Of a stretch of 64,000 nucleotides of DNA, positions 50,645 to 63,120 are shown one piece after another (within the stretch, counting starts at the first letter, position 1; the number at the start of each line of letters is the position of its first letter). The notes below the pieces were generated by a model. The model was given only the letters and a program-made list of their open reading frames with translations, searched no databases and was not told the DNA's origin. Location of the stretch: NCBI GenBank assembly GCA_020184695.1, contig JAANOX010000018.1:62001-126000 (forward strand), written 5' to 3'. The stretch is from Histomonas meleagridis 2922-C6/04-290x. Its lineage: Eukaryota > Protista > Parabasalia. The translations under genes and the position numbers were made by a program.

Positions 50645-51922
50645 TTTGGAATTTCAATTCGAGCAGACATTCTCAATTTTGATACAAACATTTTTGGGGT
50701 GGTTTATGCAGAAAAAGGGTCATCAACGATAGATATTAATGAATAATAACCGTCATATTTATTCAAAAATTTAAACGGTCGGAAACCTTTCTGTTGTCAT
50801 TTTAAAAATCTTTTTTCATTTCAAAGTCAATATGGAATAGTAACAGTATTGCCTTGGAAAATATTCACCAATTGCCAATAATCAATATTAATTTTCTAAA
50901 TATTTCTTCAAGCATGAAGTTTATATCTTAGTAGATGTGCTACAAAACCTTTTATAAAAGAAGTGCTGTTGGAGCTTTGCTATAAAAAATATTTTTGAAT
51001 TGTGTGTAATACAAAAATATGATATCTACATAATCTATCTAATCCTTAATAATGCTTTTACATTGTAACTCATTACAAAGGCATTTAATTGAGTGTCTGC
51101 AACATATAGTATGTTATACGTTATAAGTTATATCTGATATATTTTCAGAAAAAATTAATATTAATATTTTCTTTGTCAAGACGAGTTGTTAAAATTGAAA
51201 ATTAATAATTTTAATAAATATTATAAAAACAAATGGTTTAAAATTAATGCAAGCAAACAATCTTTGATCGATCAAAAGCTAGTCTCATAGAAAAAATCAC
51301 AATGAAATCAAATTGATCATTTTGAATTTTCGAAATAACTTAAAAATAACACCATAGCGCAGTTTATGTTTTTTTTCTGGAACAATTGTTTTTCTACGTT
51401 TGGAAAATAATAAACGTGCACATTACAGTTCCATGGCAAAATATTTCAAATATATCAACGGTTAAATTTGTGACATCATTGAAAAAAAATTTTTGCGATA
51501 TTTCAGAAGATTATATTTTGACAAAATAGGCGATTCAAATAATCCACTCTAGAAACTCAAGAAAAGAGTTTTTCTTATATTATCTCAATAAAAACTTTAT
51601 GTATGTATACATTTGATACTGAATCTGGTGTTTAAAAGATGTATTTTAGGAAATTAAATTTAACTATGATTTAAACCATGTTTACTACAAGGCAAACGAT
51701 AAAAATCGTTTGAAAAGTGGTTTATAACCATTCAAACAAAACACAGAAAATGCCACCAAAAATTTTGGGAAAAGATAAATCTCAATGATTTTGCAAGGGA
51801 AATCTTCCGAGGAATGCATCAAAAGAAAGGGGTAATTCTGATTTTTAATACTTTATTGTTTACGTTTGTGAATTATTTGAACTGTATTCAGAAAATTGAG
51901 AGCATGAACAAATCATAAATCA

Positions 51923-52564
51923 ATGGAATTGCCACGCCCTGAGACTGAATTCTTTGCTGAAGATGAGTTCATCCGATGTCTAGAAGTAGATGTGCCTGGT
52001 GAAGTTATCTCACATGATGTATTGGCCAATATGATTCGGTCAAGATTATACAAATTCATATTCATCATAGATTCTAGGTTTCCATATGAAAACAAAGGAG
52101 GCCATGTTCGTGAAATAAATGGGTTCCTATATGTCTTTAACATCATTGACAAAAATCAACTTATAAAGTTTTACCATAAATTCAAGAAAAAGGGAGAATG
52201 TATAGCAGTTGTCTTCCACTGTGAGTTGTCCTCAAAAAGAGGAAGAGATGTTATCCGTTTATTCCGCAATTATGATCGAGAACAAAACCAACACCCACAT
52301 GTTTCATTTCCAAACATATTCTTACTACAAGATGGCTTTAAGGCTTTTTACAAGAACCACCAAGATATGTGCTTTGGCGATTACATTCCAATGAGACATC
52401 CTGACCATGTCAAAAACGGAGATTTAAAAAAATGCCAAAAATACTTCGACAGTTACATGTTAGGAAAGCCTCAGTCTCTGTATAACCATAAGAGTAGAAC
52501 ATTCTGGAGGAATGAAAATGTCAATTCAATGCCAGACGTTTCAACAGATTTCACTCGTTTCTGA
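51923..52564 (+). CDS. CDC25: Cdc25-like (rhodanese-fold) phosphatase
   Basis: IIDSRFPYE.KGGHV, VFHCELSSKRG (HCX5R), FPNIFLLQDGFKAFY, DYIPM. Confidence 0.9.
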   Translation: MELPRPETEFFAEDEFIRCLEVDVPGEVISHDVLANMIRSRLYKFIFIIDSRFPYENKGGHVREINGFLYVFNIIDKNQLIKFYHKFKKKGECIAVVFHCELSSKRGRDVIRLFRNYDREQNQHPHVSFPNIFLLQDGFKAFYKNHQDMCFGDYIPMRHPDHVKNGDLKKCQKYFDSYMLGKPQSLYNHKSRTFWRNENVNSMPDVSTDFTRF

Positions 52565-52869
52565 CACACGTCTTTCACATGATTTTTCTTTAGAAGCATC
52601 GGAAGAAGCAAAATAATGTTTATTTATATATTACAATTTCTTAAGTGTGAAACTTAAGATAAAACAACATTTTAAGGCGAATTTGATTAATAAAAACCTT
52701 TAGTTTTCGAAAGTTGTTGTTTTAAGATAATTAATCCAAAATTGCATTCAATCACATGAAATTATTTTTCACAAATAATTCATTTACAGTTACTTAGCTA
52801 ACATTGCTTTGATGATTTTTATTACCATTTGTATTGTTTCATATCTGATATTTATTTTTAATTTTTTTT

Positions 52870-53090
52870 TTAGATCTGAAAAAATTCAACTCAACAACCT
52901 AACTTTGCATTTAATTTGAGGCACAAGATTCTAATGGTGAATCTTCATTTTCTTTTGGTATGAAAATCATCAAATGCAAATGAAGACGAACTTTATGATG
53001 AATTTGCAAATCTTATATTAAATAGTTGTTTCAATGTACCGGATGATTCATTGATTGAATCTTTTGCTTGCAATAAAAGATGTTTTTGTG
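52870..53090 (+). pseudogene. Frameshifted partial paralogue of the 58469-58978 gene, inverted
   Basis: SNGESSFSF.. /EDELYDEFANLILNSCFNVPDDSLIESF versus SNDESSFSF../EEKLYNEFTNLISSGCFDVTDDSLVESF. Confidence 0.8.
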
Positions 53091-53134
53091 TTAAATAAAG
53101 ATTTTTTTACAAAATTCCAACATTTGTTTAAAAA

Positions 53135-53335
53135 TTATTTTTTCTGGATTTCACAATCCGGTGGTATATCAAATTTCACGGGGCGAGAAAAATCATCATG
53201 GAACGGATCATTTTGTGGTGATAATGGATAATCTGTCCATGCAGGTCGACTTGTAGGCTTTGATGAGTGTTCCTTGTGTGAGCCACTTTTGCTGTGGTGT
53301 CTTTGGTGCTTTTTCTCTTCCGGGCGAGAGCTCAT
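53135..53335 (-). CDS. Small hypothetical protein
   Basis: 66-aa ATG ORF, GC-richer than its flanks; divergent from 53394. Confidence 0.55.
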   Translation of the reverse strand: MSSRPEEKKHQRHHSKSGSHKEHSSKPTSRPAWTDYPLSPQNDPFHDDFSRPVKFDIPPDCEIQKK

Positions 53336-53393
53336 CGCTTGTTTTATTTATTTATTATTGCAAATATAAAACCGTTTTTTGACAGTATTCGAA

Positions 53394-53627
53394 ATGAGCA
53401 AAGAAAACGAGCCAACGTTATATGACAAAATAGTTAAAGTTAATCAAAGTGCCCAAGCATGTCACCAAGAAACAGACGATGCCTTAAAGATATCAAAAAA
53501 AATCATATTATTTAATTTGCTTAAAAAGATTCAAGAAAACCCACCATCATTCTTGGCAGATGACAATGTACAAATGAAAGAGTTGAATGAAACTATTATT
53601 AACCTAGAGAAAAAGATAAATCAATAG
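53394..53627 (+). CDS. Small hypothetical coiled-coil protein
   Basis: 77-aa ORF from the ATG of MSKENE. Confidence 0.55.
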   Translation: MSKENEPTLYDKIVKVNQSAQACHQETDDALKISKKIILFNLLKKIQENPPSFLADDNVQMKELNETIINLEKKINQ

Positions 53628-54227
53628 TTATATGAAAATAAATTTGAATTTTTCTTTATAATTGTTCTGGTGTGATGTAAATCAAACTTGCTGCAAAGCC
53701 GCTCGATTTCTTAAGCTCAATGTCATTTTCTAATATTTGTTTTCATACATTGAATTTACAAAGCATAAATAAAAATTTATACACAAATGTTTAAATGGCC
53801 TTGTGTTGTTGAATTATATTTGTTGAATAAAAACCAATTAAGCTTAATTCTCTTTTTATTTGTTCATGATAATATTATAAGATATCTTCTTATTTTTTTA
53901 AGCATTGAAAGTGGTTCACCATTATTATGTCACAAATGAAGTTTGAAAGTATGTTTTTCATTTATTACTCAGTATCTTAATATAGTACTTAAAATAAAAG
54001 CAGTTCTATACGAATATCATTTTCATCAATAGGAGTACAATCCTATATAGTTGTTGTTTTTCATGGCAAACAACAAACATTACGATGCGTACAATTCAAA
54101 ATTTTTTCTGAATCTGAAACTTCATATTGATAGAAACATCTTATAATTGGTATGTAAATTGTTTTAATATATTAAATGAAAATAATTTAAAAAACAACAC
54201 ATAAACTTTTTATGAAAAACAAGTTCA

Positions 54228-56704
54228 CTACAAGTGTTTATTTGGGTGTTCTACTGAATAAAGCAATTTAACTATTTCCATCTGATGATATCGATATGCA
54301 AGATCTGATGCTCTCATAAATAATTTAAATAATTTGCAAATATTGTTTTGAATTATCAAATAAATAAAATAACTGTTAAATAGAGCTAATTTACATCTTC
54401 TATATTAATATCATTTCCTCCTTTCTCAAGAAGCATTTCAACTATAGCCAGAGATCCACAAGATGCGTTCATCAGTGGTGTGCGATATAATAAAAATAAA
54501 TTCCGAATATTATTTTGAAATTCTGAAATATTAAAATAAATTTTAAATCAAACAAATAAATATCTTGAGTATTAATATCAATATTTTCTTGCTCAAGAAG
54601 TAATTTAACTATATTACAATGGCCATTTCTGGATGCTATATTAAGTGCTGTTTGAAATATTTAAAATAATTTCCAAATATTATTTTGAAATTTCAAATTA
54701 TTAAAATAATCATTAAATAAAGCAAATAAATATCTTTTGCATTAATATCAATTCCTTCTTGTTCAAGAAGTAATTTAACTATTTCTGTATAACCTTCATC
54801 AGATGCCCAAATAAGTGCTGTTCTAAATATTTTAAATAATTTCCAAATTTTATTTTATTATATCAAATTATTCAAACAAATAACATATAATACAAATAAA
54901 TATCTTTAATATTAACATCAATCCCTTCTTTTTCAAGAAGTAATTTGACAATTTCAGTATGACCTTTTGCAGATGCATTTATAAGTGCTGTTTCAAATAA
55001 TTTAAATAAGTTTCAAATATTATTTTGAAATATAAAATAAAAAAAATAAATATAAAATAAAATAAACAAACATTTTTAGCATTAATATCAATCCCTTCTT
55101 TTTCAAGAAGTAATTTGACTATTCCAGTATGACCTTTTGCAGATGCTTTTATAAGTGCTGTTTCAAATAATTTAAATAAGTATCAAATATTATTTTGATA
55201 TATAAAATAATAAAATTAAATAATAAATAATGCAAAAAATTATCTTTAGCATTAATATCAATACCTTTTTGATCAAGAAGTAATTTGACTGTTTTGATAA
55301 TACCTCTCCAAGATGCGACAATAAGTGCTGTCCAAAACATAATCAACAGTTTCCAAATGTTATTTTCAAATTTTTAATAATAAAAATAAATTTCGAATCA
55401 TGTAAATGAATACCTTTAAAATTGATATTAATTCCTTCTTGGTCCAGAAGTAATTTAATTATTTCAGTATCATCATTCCAAGAGGCATACATTAGTGCTG
55501 AATTTAATAAAATAAATAAACGCCAAATATAATTTTCAGATTTTGTTTTATTCAAATTGATACCTGTGGCATTTATATCAATCCCTTTTTGTTTAAGAAT
55601 GAAATCAATAAATTCAATATTTCTCGAACCTATAGAAAAAACTAAAATATTTTTTGGAATTTGTTTATCTTTAAAGAAATATTTGGTAAGATATATATTT
55701 CCAATTCTTGCTGATTCATTAATAATACCATTATTAATTTTCATTCCTTCTTTAATTAAATATGAAAAAATTTCATAATTATAAGATGAAATACACTTCT
55801 TTCCTAAATCTTCTAATTTTTTAATATGACATATTTTATTTTCATAAAGATAATGAAAGATATCATTTCGATGAAATCCAATTGCTGTTTCATATGCATC
55901 TTCAAATGATGAATGATTTTGTTCACATAAATGAATGATTTCTTCATTCCCTCCTGCAACTGCATATTTACCTGTGTTTTTTACATTTGCTCCATTCATA
56001 ATTAAATATTTAAAACATTTAACTGATGAAAAAAAAGCTGCATAATCAATTAATGAAACATTTTCTTGATTAACAAATGAACATCTTTCATAAAGTGATC
56101 GTTCAATAGCTTGATTAAAATTAAAATTATTTTGTGATGATATTTCTTGAAGTTTTTCTATTTTATCACTTCGAATTATTTGAGCAATTTCACTTGGATT
56201 ATGTCCTTCTTTAACATATTTCTTATGAAGCTCCCAATCATTCTTTGAAAGCTCTTCATAGTTTGTGGATAAGTAATTTGAATATGGTATTTGTGAATCG
56301 TTTTTTATGATATTTATTCTTTCATTTGCCATGTAATGTACGAAATATGGTTTCATTTCATTTTGTATAACTTTTGGTTCAATAAAATGTTGTTCAATCA
56401 TACTATTAAGAAGGTATAATCCTGATCCTTTGTAATGATGAAGAAGAAAATCTACAAAAATATCATAAATCTTTGATTTACTATTGATGTTTTCCTCAAT
56501 TTTTTCAATTTCTTTAATAAAATCTAAACATATATCAAAGTCATATATTTTTATAGTAAAACATTTAAGTGTTACTCCACTAATAATTTTATTAAAAGTG
56601 ATTGGATAAACATTATCAAAATTATCCATAATTAAATTTGCTGATTCTACAATATTTTCGTGCTTTAAGTTGAAAATTATTGATTGCATTGATTCCCATT
56701 CCAT
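54228..56704 (-). CDS. Locus C: DUF3447-like/ankyrin gene with 31 17-nt spacers; about 649 aa after removal
   Basis: Junctions 55505-55561, 55335-55411, 55165-55241, 54995-55071, 54825-54901, 54655-54731, 54485-54561, 54318-54394 decode to TGKGNSAL, KGEKGWTAL, KDIYDETAL, KNYYEETAL, KDVDGRTAL, KDNEGQTAL, QDKRGRTPL, EDNDAMRAS. 2477-527=1950 nt, divisible by 3. Confidence 0.85.
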
Positions 56705-56919
56705 AAAATTGGATATATGCCCCAGCAAAAAATATGAGCAACTATAGAATTTTCAAAAGACGATGACACTTTTTTGGGAAAAAGCATTTACTGTTAAGTT
56801 TCTATATATCGGTATTTTATTTTATTTGAATTTTATTGGGTGTATAATGACATTTTTAAAATGTCCGATAGTAACATAAACGGTTTATCAATCCTGATAA
56901 GTAATAATTGCAGGAAGAA

Positions 56920-58017
56920 ATGATTTTTCGAAATAATTTTTTCTTGTTTTTTTCCTATGGACACTATTTCACATTAACACTAGCAATTCTGGCTTACATT
57001 GTAGCAGAAATTATGTATGCTAAACCTTCAAATTCAATATACTATCTCAGCAAAGAAATTCAAGATTTGGATCCAGAAAATATATCAGAAGGATTTGTTT
57101 ATCATGTTTTTAAAGATGTAGTATATCCTGAAACTGTTGATCCATTTTTTAATTTGACCATTTCTGGTGGAATATTTTATCGAAAAGTTGAGTATTGTCA
57201 ATGGGATCAAAAGGATCCAGATTTTTATTTTTATTCAGCTTTTCAAAATCTTTATGAGAAAGTATGGACCACAAAATTAATTGATTCTCAAAAGTTTTTA
57301 GATCGTAACTTCAACAATCCCAAAACCCTTGACATTCAATCTCTTGTTGTCTATCAAAATATCACATTTTATGACAACATTACCATCACTGATAATTTAT
57401 ATTATCATCCTATTGTAGCCATGCATAACATTACCTCTTTAGATCTTCAAGACTTTTCCGGGTCACCAGCCAGTGAACATTTTTCTTCTATTGATGAGAA
57501 TTATTTTTATTATTCGAAAGATCAAAAATCTATTGAACGTATCCATAAGCATCCTACAGCAGAAAATGTACAAAAGTTATTTTCACAATGTAAGCCCGGA
57601 GATATTCGGGTTAGTTTTAATTCATTTTCACCACGTAACTTTACTATTTTAGGCCATTTATCAAATGGCACAGTGTCATCTGGGGAGTACAATGGAATTA
57701 AAATCGGGATAATACTTCCAGGCGATCTATCATTAAGTTATCTCCTTGACTTAATATTAGATAAACAATACGACACTCCGAATATCCATAATTTGGTTAT
57801 ATCAACAGTAATAACATCACTCGCAGTGTCATTGTTTAGGATATCACATAATATAACTGCTAAAATATGTAATGTGATGTTGGCCGCATTTATTAATATG
57901 TTGTTCAGAAGTTTGGTGTGGAAAAAATCATATTTAAACCCAATGATATGGGGCACGCTGTTAGTGATTTATGTTTCAATATATTATAAGGTAATGAGTG
58001 GAAATAGAAATAACTAA
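56920..58017 (+). CDS. TMEM43-like membrane protein
   Basis: YRKVEYCQW..., VWTTKLIDSQKF...NNP, PGDIRVSF; N- and C-terminal TMs. Confidence 0.7.
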   Translation: MIFRNNFFLFFSYGHYFTLTLAILAYIVAEIMYAKPSNSIYYLSKEIQDLDPENISEGFVYHVFKDVVYPETVDPFFNLTISGGIFYRKVEYCQWDQKDPDFYFYSAFQNLYEKVWTTKLIDSQKFLDRNFNNPKTLDIQSLVVYQNITFYDNITITDNLYYHPIVAMHNITSLDLQDFSGSPASEHFSSIDENYFYYSKDQKSIERIHKHPTAENVQKLFSQCKPGDIRVSFNSFSPRNFTILGHLSNGTVSSGEYNGIKIGIILPGDLSLSYLLDLILDKQYDTPNIHNLVISTVITSLAVSLFRISHNITAKICNVMLAAFINMLFRSLVWKKSYLNPMIWGTLLVIYVSIYYKVMSGNRNN

Positions 58018-58468
58018 ATTAATGAATATATAATATCAATAAACTAATATAGGATTTCATTTTTAAAATGATCGCATTTTCACTACAAAGTTATGCCCAA
58101 AAATTTTTTAATAGGAAATTATTATTTGTGTTTCCATTAACACTTTCAAATTTATTTAAAGAATTTGAAACTTAAAATATTATTTTGAATAGTGCTCATA
58201 TAAGTTTACATAAAAGATCACATAAAAACAAAAATTTATCTCTTAAACTGAATGAAATAGTTATGTTATATTAATGACATTTAAAACGACTGACAAGTAT
58301 ACCCAAATTAACACAATGATTATGTAATTGCGATGATTTTTTTCAGTTTATAAAAATGATGTACCACCGATTGTGAAAATCCAGAAAATAATTTTTTTTA
58401 AATAATTGTTAAAATTTTATAAAAAATCTTTACTTAACATTAAAACACCTTTTATTACATGTAATGCA

Positions 58469-58978
58469 TCATTCATCTTGAATGAGAATTTCATAAACTT
58501 CGTCAATTGTTTGATCAACTTGACGAAAAGATTCAACCAATGAATCATCTGTTACATCAAAACAACCACTCGATATAAGATTTGTAAACTCATTGTAAAG
58601 TTTTTCTTCATTTGTATTCGATGATTTTTCATTCAAATCAAATGAAAACGAAGACTCATCATTTGAATTCTGTGCCTTGAAATCATCAAAATTAAATTTA
58701 AAGTCAGGTGTTTGAGTGGAATTCGTTGGAATATTTTGTTCAAAATTAAATTCAAAAGATGGTATTTGTGTATTTTCCTGAGGTTTAGATTCTCCTTCTG
58801 GTGTATCTTCTTCTTCTTCAATATCTAATAAAATTTTATCTTCCTTTTTATTCGGAATTTGTTGAGATTTTTCATTACTAAATTTGAAAAAATCAGACTC
58901 CCCTCCATCAGTTTGCTTTGTTTCGGTATTTTCAGTCTTAGCCAAATCATGTTCCACTTCCTTGTCTGCTGAAGTCAT
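58469..58978 (-). CDS. Acidic hypothetical protein
   Basis: ORF from MTSADK after TCATA; shares a very short divergent promoter with glycerate kinase. Confidence 0.65.
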   Translation of the reverse strand: MTSADKEVEHDLAKTENTETKQTDGGESDFFKFSNEKSQQIPNKKEDKILLDIEEEEDTPEGESKPQENTQIPSFEFNFEQNIPTNSTQTPDFKFNFDDFKAQNSNDESSFSFDLNEKSSNTNEEKLYNEFTNLISSGCFDVTDDSLVESFRQVDQTIDEVYEILIQDE

Positions 58979-59044
58979 ATTATGATTAGAACGACCGTTA
59001 GCTATCATAGAAAAATTCAGTGTGTTATTTGAAAAGTGGCTCAA

Positions 59045-60229
59045 ATGAAAAAATTGAGAATTGTTTCAGCGCCAAATGCAATGAAGGGTTCATTATCAGC
59101 CCGTGCAGCATCAAAAGCGATTGCAAGTGGAGCTTCTGAAGCAATTAATTTTTATACAAAAAATTTTGGAAAAAAAATTAATTTTGATTTAATTTGCCAA
59201 CCAATTGCAGATGGAGGAGATGACACACTTGATGTATTAGCAGAGGAAAAATACCAAACAAATGTAACAGGCCCACTTCTTCAAAACGTAACTGCTCAAT
59301 GGGGTTCAAGAGGGAAAACAGCTATCATCGAGATGGCTAAAGCATCTGGAATTGCACTCCTTGACCCAAAAGATTTAAATCCATTTAAAGCCACTACATA
59401 TGGAACTGGACAATTAATTGAAGCAGCTGTTAAAAAAGGTTTCAAAGATATTTTAATTACTATTGGTGGCAGTGCTACATGTGATGGCGGGATTGGTGCA
59501 TTAGCTGCATTAGGTGCCAAATTTTATGATTCTCATGGAAACAAATTTATTCCATATGGAAACATTTCTACCGGAAAAGTTGCATCCATTGACCTTGGGA
59601 ATGCTCAATCTCTTCTTAAGGGCGTAAAAATATCCATTGCATGTGATGTTGATAATCCTTTACTTGGCAATCATGGTTCAATATATACATTTGGGAAGCA
59701 AAAGTTGTGTCCAAGCATCCAAAATAACCAACAAAAGCTCAAACAAGCTCTCTCAGATATGGAAAAAAACATCGCGAAATATTCTCATTTGATAACGAAA
59801 ACAACAAACAAAAACGTCGAAAACTTACCCGGCTGTGGTGCTGCTGGTGGGTTTCCGCTTAGCTTTTGTCCTATTTTTGATGCGAAACTCGAAAGAGGTT
59901 CTTCGCTTGTTTTGAAAATTCTTGAGTTTGATAAGTATAAAGGGTCTGATTTAGTTTTCACATGTGAAGGCCAATGTGATGAGCAGACATTACATGGAAA
60001 AGGGCCTTATGCCGTTGTGAAGAAATTGGAAGGTTCGCATATCGTGTTCCTTTGCGGCGGTATCGAATCCGAAGAAGTTGAGAAGAAAATGTTGTCTGAA
60101 GGTGCGTCTATTGTTGCATCGATTACAGATCGTCCTGAAACTCTTCAAGAATGCATAGAAGCAACGCCAGAGCTGTTAAGAAGAGCAGCATTCAGACACA
60201 CTTATTCATATTTAGTATCAAAACTTTAA
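59045..60229 (+). CDS. Glycerate kinase, bacterial GlxK/GarK family
   Basis: APNAMKGSL, PIADGGDDT, AIIEMAKASG, ATTYGTGQLI, IGGSATCDGG, ACDVDNPLLG, PGCGAAGG, EGQCDEQTLHGK. Confidence 0.95.
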   Translation: MKKLRIVSAPNAMKGSLSARAASKAIASGASEAINFYTKNFGKKINFDLICQPIADGGDDTLDVLAEEKYQTNVTGPLLQNVTAQWGSRGKTAIIEMAKASGIALLDPKDLNPFKATTYGTGQLIEAAVKKGFKDILITIGGSATCDGGIGALAALGAKFYDSHGNKFIPYGNISTGKVASIDLGNAQSLLKGVKISIACDVDNPLLGNHGSIYTFGKQKLCPSIQNNQQKLKQALSDMEKNIAKYSHLITKTTNKNVENLPGCGAAGGFPLSFCPIFDAKLERGSSLVLKILEFDKYKGSDLVFTCEGQCDEQTLHGKGPYAVVKKLEGSHIVFLCGGIESEEVEKKMLSEGASIVASITDRPETLQECIEATPELLRRAAFRHTYSYLVSKL

Positions 60230-62180
60230 TATATGATTAATAAACTTTAATATATACGAAGTTAAGTTTATGTTTTTATATATTTTTGGAACTTTATAAT
60301 AAGTTTAAATAATTTAAGTAAAAAATATACACTTTTAAAGTGAAGGATTTTTGTCTTTTTTGGATGAAGAAATAATACAAAAAATTGCTTGGAATTGCAT
60401 AATTTACAACAGAAATTTGCCCAAGCATTAACTCCAATTATGTTTTTTGCTTCTTCTATTTGAATGCTTGGTATTATTTGGCGTTTTCATTATATGAACT
60501 TTCATTGTGATCATTACAATTTTGAAACTCAAATTTCAAATCATAGCACATAAATCTCATCATTTTTTTAACTTCTTCAGGTATTTAACAAATTATACCA
60601 AACACCTAAAACTAAATTATGGAGTCCAAAATTGAATCGTTCTTTGGAAACTTTCAAAAACTGTTGGAAAATAATTACATGTAAAAAACCACCAGCAGAG
60701 GTAAGACCAAGAAAGAAGTTTTGCCGCTACCCGATTCTCAACGAAAGTGAAATCAATGGGTTTTTTGACTATCTTCACTTTATATATTTGTAAAAAAAAA
60801 AAAATTCAATTAAAAAAAAACGTTTAGCTTTGGAGAATAGTAAACGGTCGAAACAAACGAGCACCAGTATTTTTCATTCATGAATGAAATCATAAAAATT
60901 TCCGAATGCTTATCAACAAGCATGATTTAGCAACATAAATTCAACAGATCAGATCGGGCTACTTCACAAACAGTATGTAATCCGCAAGTTTCCAATTTTA
61001 TTTAAAATTTTATTAATTTAAACCTTCCATACAAGATTTATCTATGTTCTTTAGGTGCACCACGCATGAATGTTTTTAAAAAAATTGAATAAATTCAAAT
61101 TAAGAAATCAAATTTCAATATACATTTCATAATTGCAACAATTTCTTGTTATTGGGCATTCTTCCCATAACATCCTTCTTCATCATTATTGCCTTGTATA
61201 TACCAAACCTTTGCAATTGATTGAACAATGGTATAAATTTTAATTTCATGAAATTCCACATTTACCGAATTTAAAATCAATGACATTTACATGAATTCTG
61301 GGCTATCCTTACCCTATAGATATTGATCTGTTCTAAATAACGAATACTTTTCATATCATCAAATGAACTATTTTTAGTAATATTACTTGGAATTACAATA
61401 ACTTCTCAGTAGCCAATTTAATTGCAATGATTATTAAGTCAAATATTCCATGTGTTTATAATCAACAAATTTATAATTGGGTAATTTCAATTATTTAATT
61501 AACTTTTATGTTTTTAATTTCCAATTCTTATGATTTATTAATTAATGATGATAAACAATTAATTCTTCAAAATACAATGTACCATTAATTTAATAACAAT
61601 TACACTTTCATGTCGTATCATTGATGCGATATTTTCTGGAATTATTATAACTTATTAGAAAGTGAACTTAATGAGGAATTTATATCATTAAAAATATTTT
61701 TGGCTATTCATGAAATTGGATCAAATGAATACGCTGCATTAAACTTGTTTTAGAACACTTAGACAAAATGAATTTAAACAGTGGTAAATAATTTTTTTAA
61801 AACCTTATACAAGTTCTAAACTATTGATCATGATTAACTTTTTACATTTTTTAATTTCTCGAACTTAATTTCATCTTCATAATTTTATATAAATATATTT
61901 TTAAACAAATAAATTTGATTGGGAAGAGCGCATTTGCCACAAAAATCTCTCTTTTAAGTAACACAATTAAATAAATCATTTTATGTAAACAAAATTTGTG
62001 TAAAAAAATTTCGAACAGATTAATTTAACTGTACTTATTTAAAATTTTCACATGGAATAAGCATTTTTCTTTAAAATTTTAAAATTTTTATCGATGAAAA
62101 ATGGAAAAAGACTAAAGTTTTTCAGTTGTTTACACGGGGCGCCCCAAAGGAGATTCAATTACCAGTTTTAAAAACTCCAA

Positions 62181-62921
62181 ATGGGAAACACTCAATCAGG
62201 GGAACAAGATGATAAAAAAATTCGTAGCAAATCCTCTTACTTTGGCGACAATGGTAGCTTTGGTGAAATGGATCACCGCGAAATAAAATCTGCAGTTAAA
62301 CAACTTCAAGCACAAAGAATGCAATCTATGGATCCAGGTTATGGTACTTATCAACCACCTCAAAGCACGCAACTCAAAACAGCAATATCTGTGGGTAGAC
62401 CAGATCCTTACATTTTAAATGTTAATGGAATTGATTTTCTTAGCTTTGGAATCAAAACCGAGGCATCATGCAAGATCGTTGTAACTGCCAACGGAAATAT
62501 AAATTCATTCCGAATTCCAGCTTCAGATCGTATTGTATACTCAATTCCAATTCCTGCGTATACAAGTTTTGATCTTGAGATCACACCAGAGGCTGGAGAA
62601 ATTCAGCCGTCTACTGGAGGATTTACCAATGTTTTAAAGCACATACTCAAATTTAAACTTTTATCTGATGAAGGAGAAATGTATTTCAATTTCGATCAGC
62701 AGCAGCTCTTAACAAGCAACGAAGTGTTTACAATTGCCGTTGGAAAACGTTGTCGGATGGAAAATAGCAACGAAACAGAAAAATGTTGTATTTGCAGAAC
62801 AAATGATGCGTCAATTGCAATTGCGCCATGTGGACATAAGGTCCTTTGTGATGACTGTTTAGAAGTCAAACAAGCAAAATTACATCACTGTCCATATTGT
62901 AATTCTTTGTCATCATTCTAA
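62181..62921 (+). CDS. RING-finger (C3HC4) protein with a putative N-myristoylation site
   Basis: MGNTQS start; CCICRT.....APCGHKVLCDDC.......CPYC. Confidence 0.88.
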   Translation: MGNTQSGEQDDKKIRSKSSYFGDNGSFGEMDHREIKSAVKQLQAQRMQSMDPGYGTYQPPQSTQLKTAISVGRPDPYILNVNGIDFLSFGIKTEASCKIVVTANGNINSFRIPASDRIVYSIPIPAYTSFDLEITPEAGEIQPSTGGFTNVLKHILKFKLLSDEGEMYFNFDQQQLLTSNEVFTIAVGKRCRMENSNETEKCCICRTNDASIAIAPCGHKVLCDDCLEVKQAKLHHCPYCNSLSSF

Positions 62922-63120
62922 AAGATGGTTTTATTATTTTTAAATTGATTTATTGGATTCCGGAGTCGTTTTATTTTTCGTTAATTGTTGTGGAAATATT
63001 TGTTTTTTTTGTTGAATTAAATTAAAATTTTAACTAAAGAAATTTTCTAACAATTTTTCGCTTGTCAAAGCATTTTGAATGTAACTATTTTTGCCTAAGC
63101 TTGGTCACTCACTTTTGGAG

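Noticed and set aside
54318-55561. Kinetoplastid-like U-deletion editing
   Set aside because: Spacers contain many A, G and C residues; deleting only U leaves far more than 9 nt per junction.
54318-55561. CRISPR array or simple satellite
   Set aside because: The periodic units encode ankyrin helices with synonymous variation, the context is eukaryotic, and there are no cas genes.
60300-62100. Long intergenic tract
   Set aside because: No ORF, repeat or spacer cassette that I could support.
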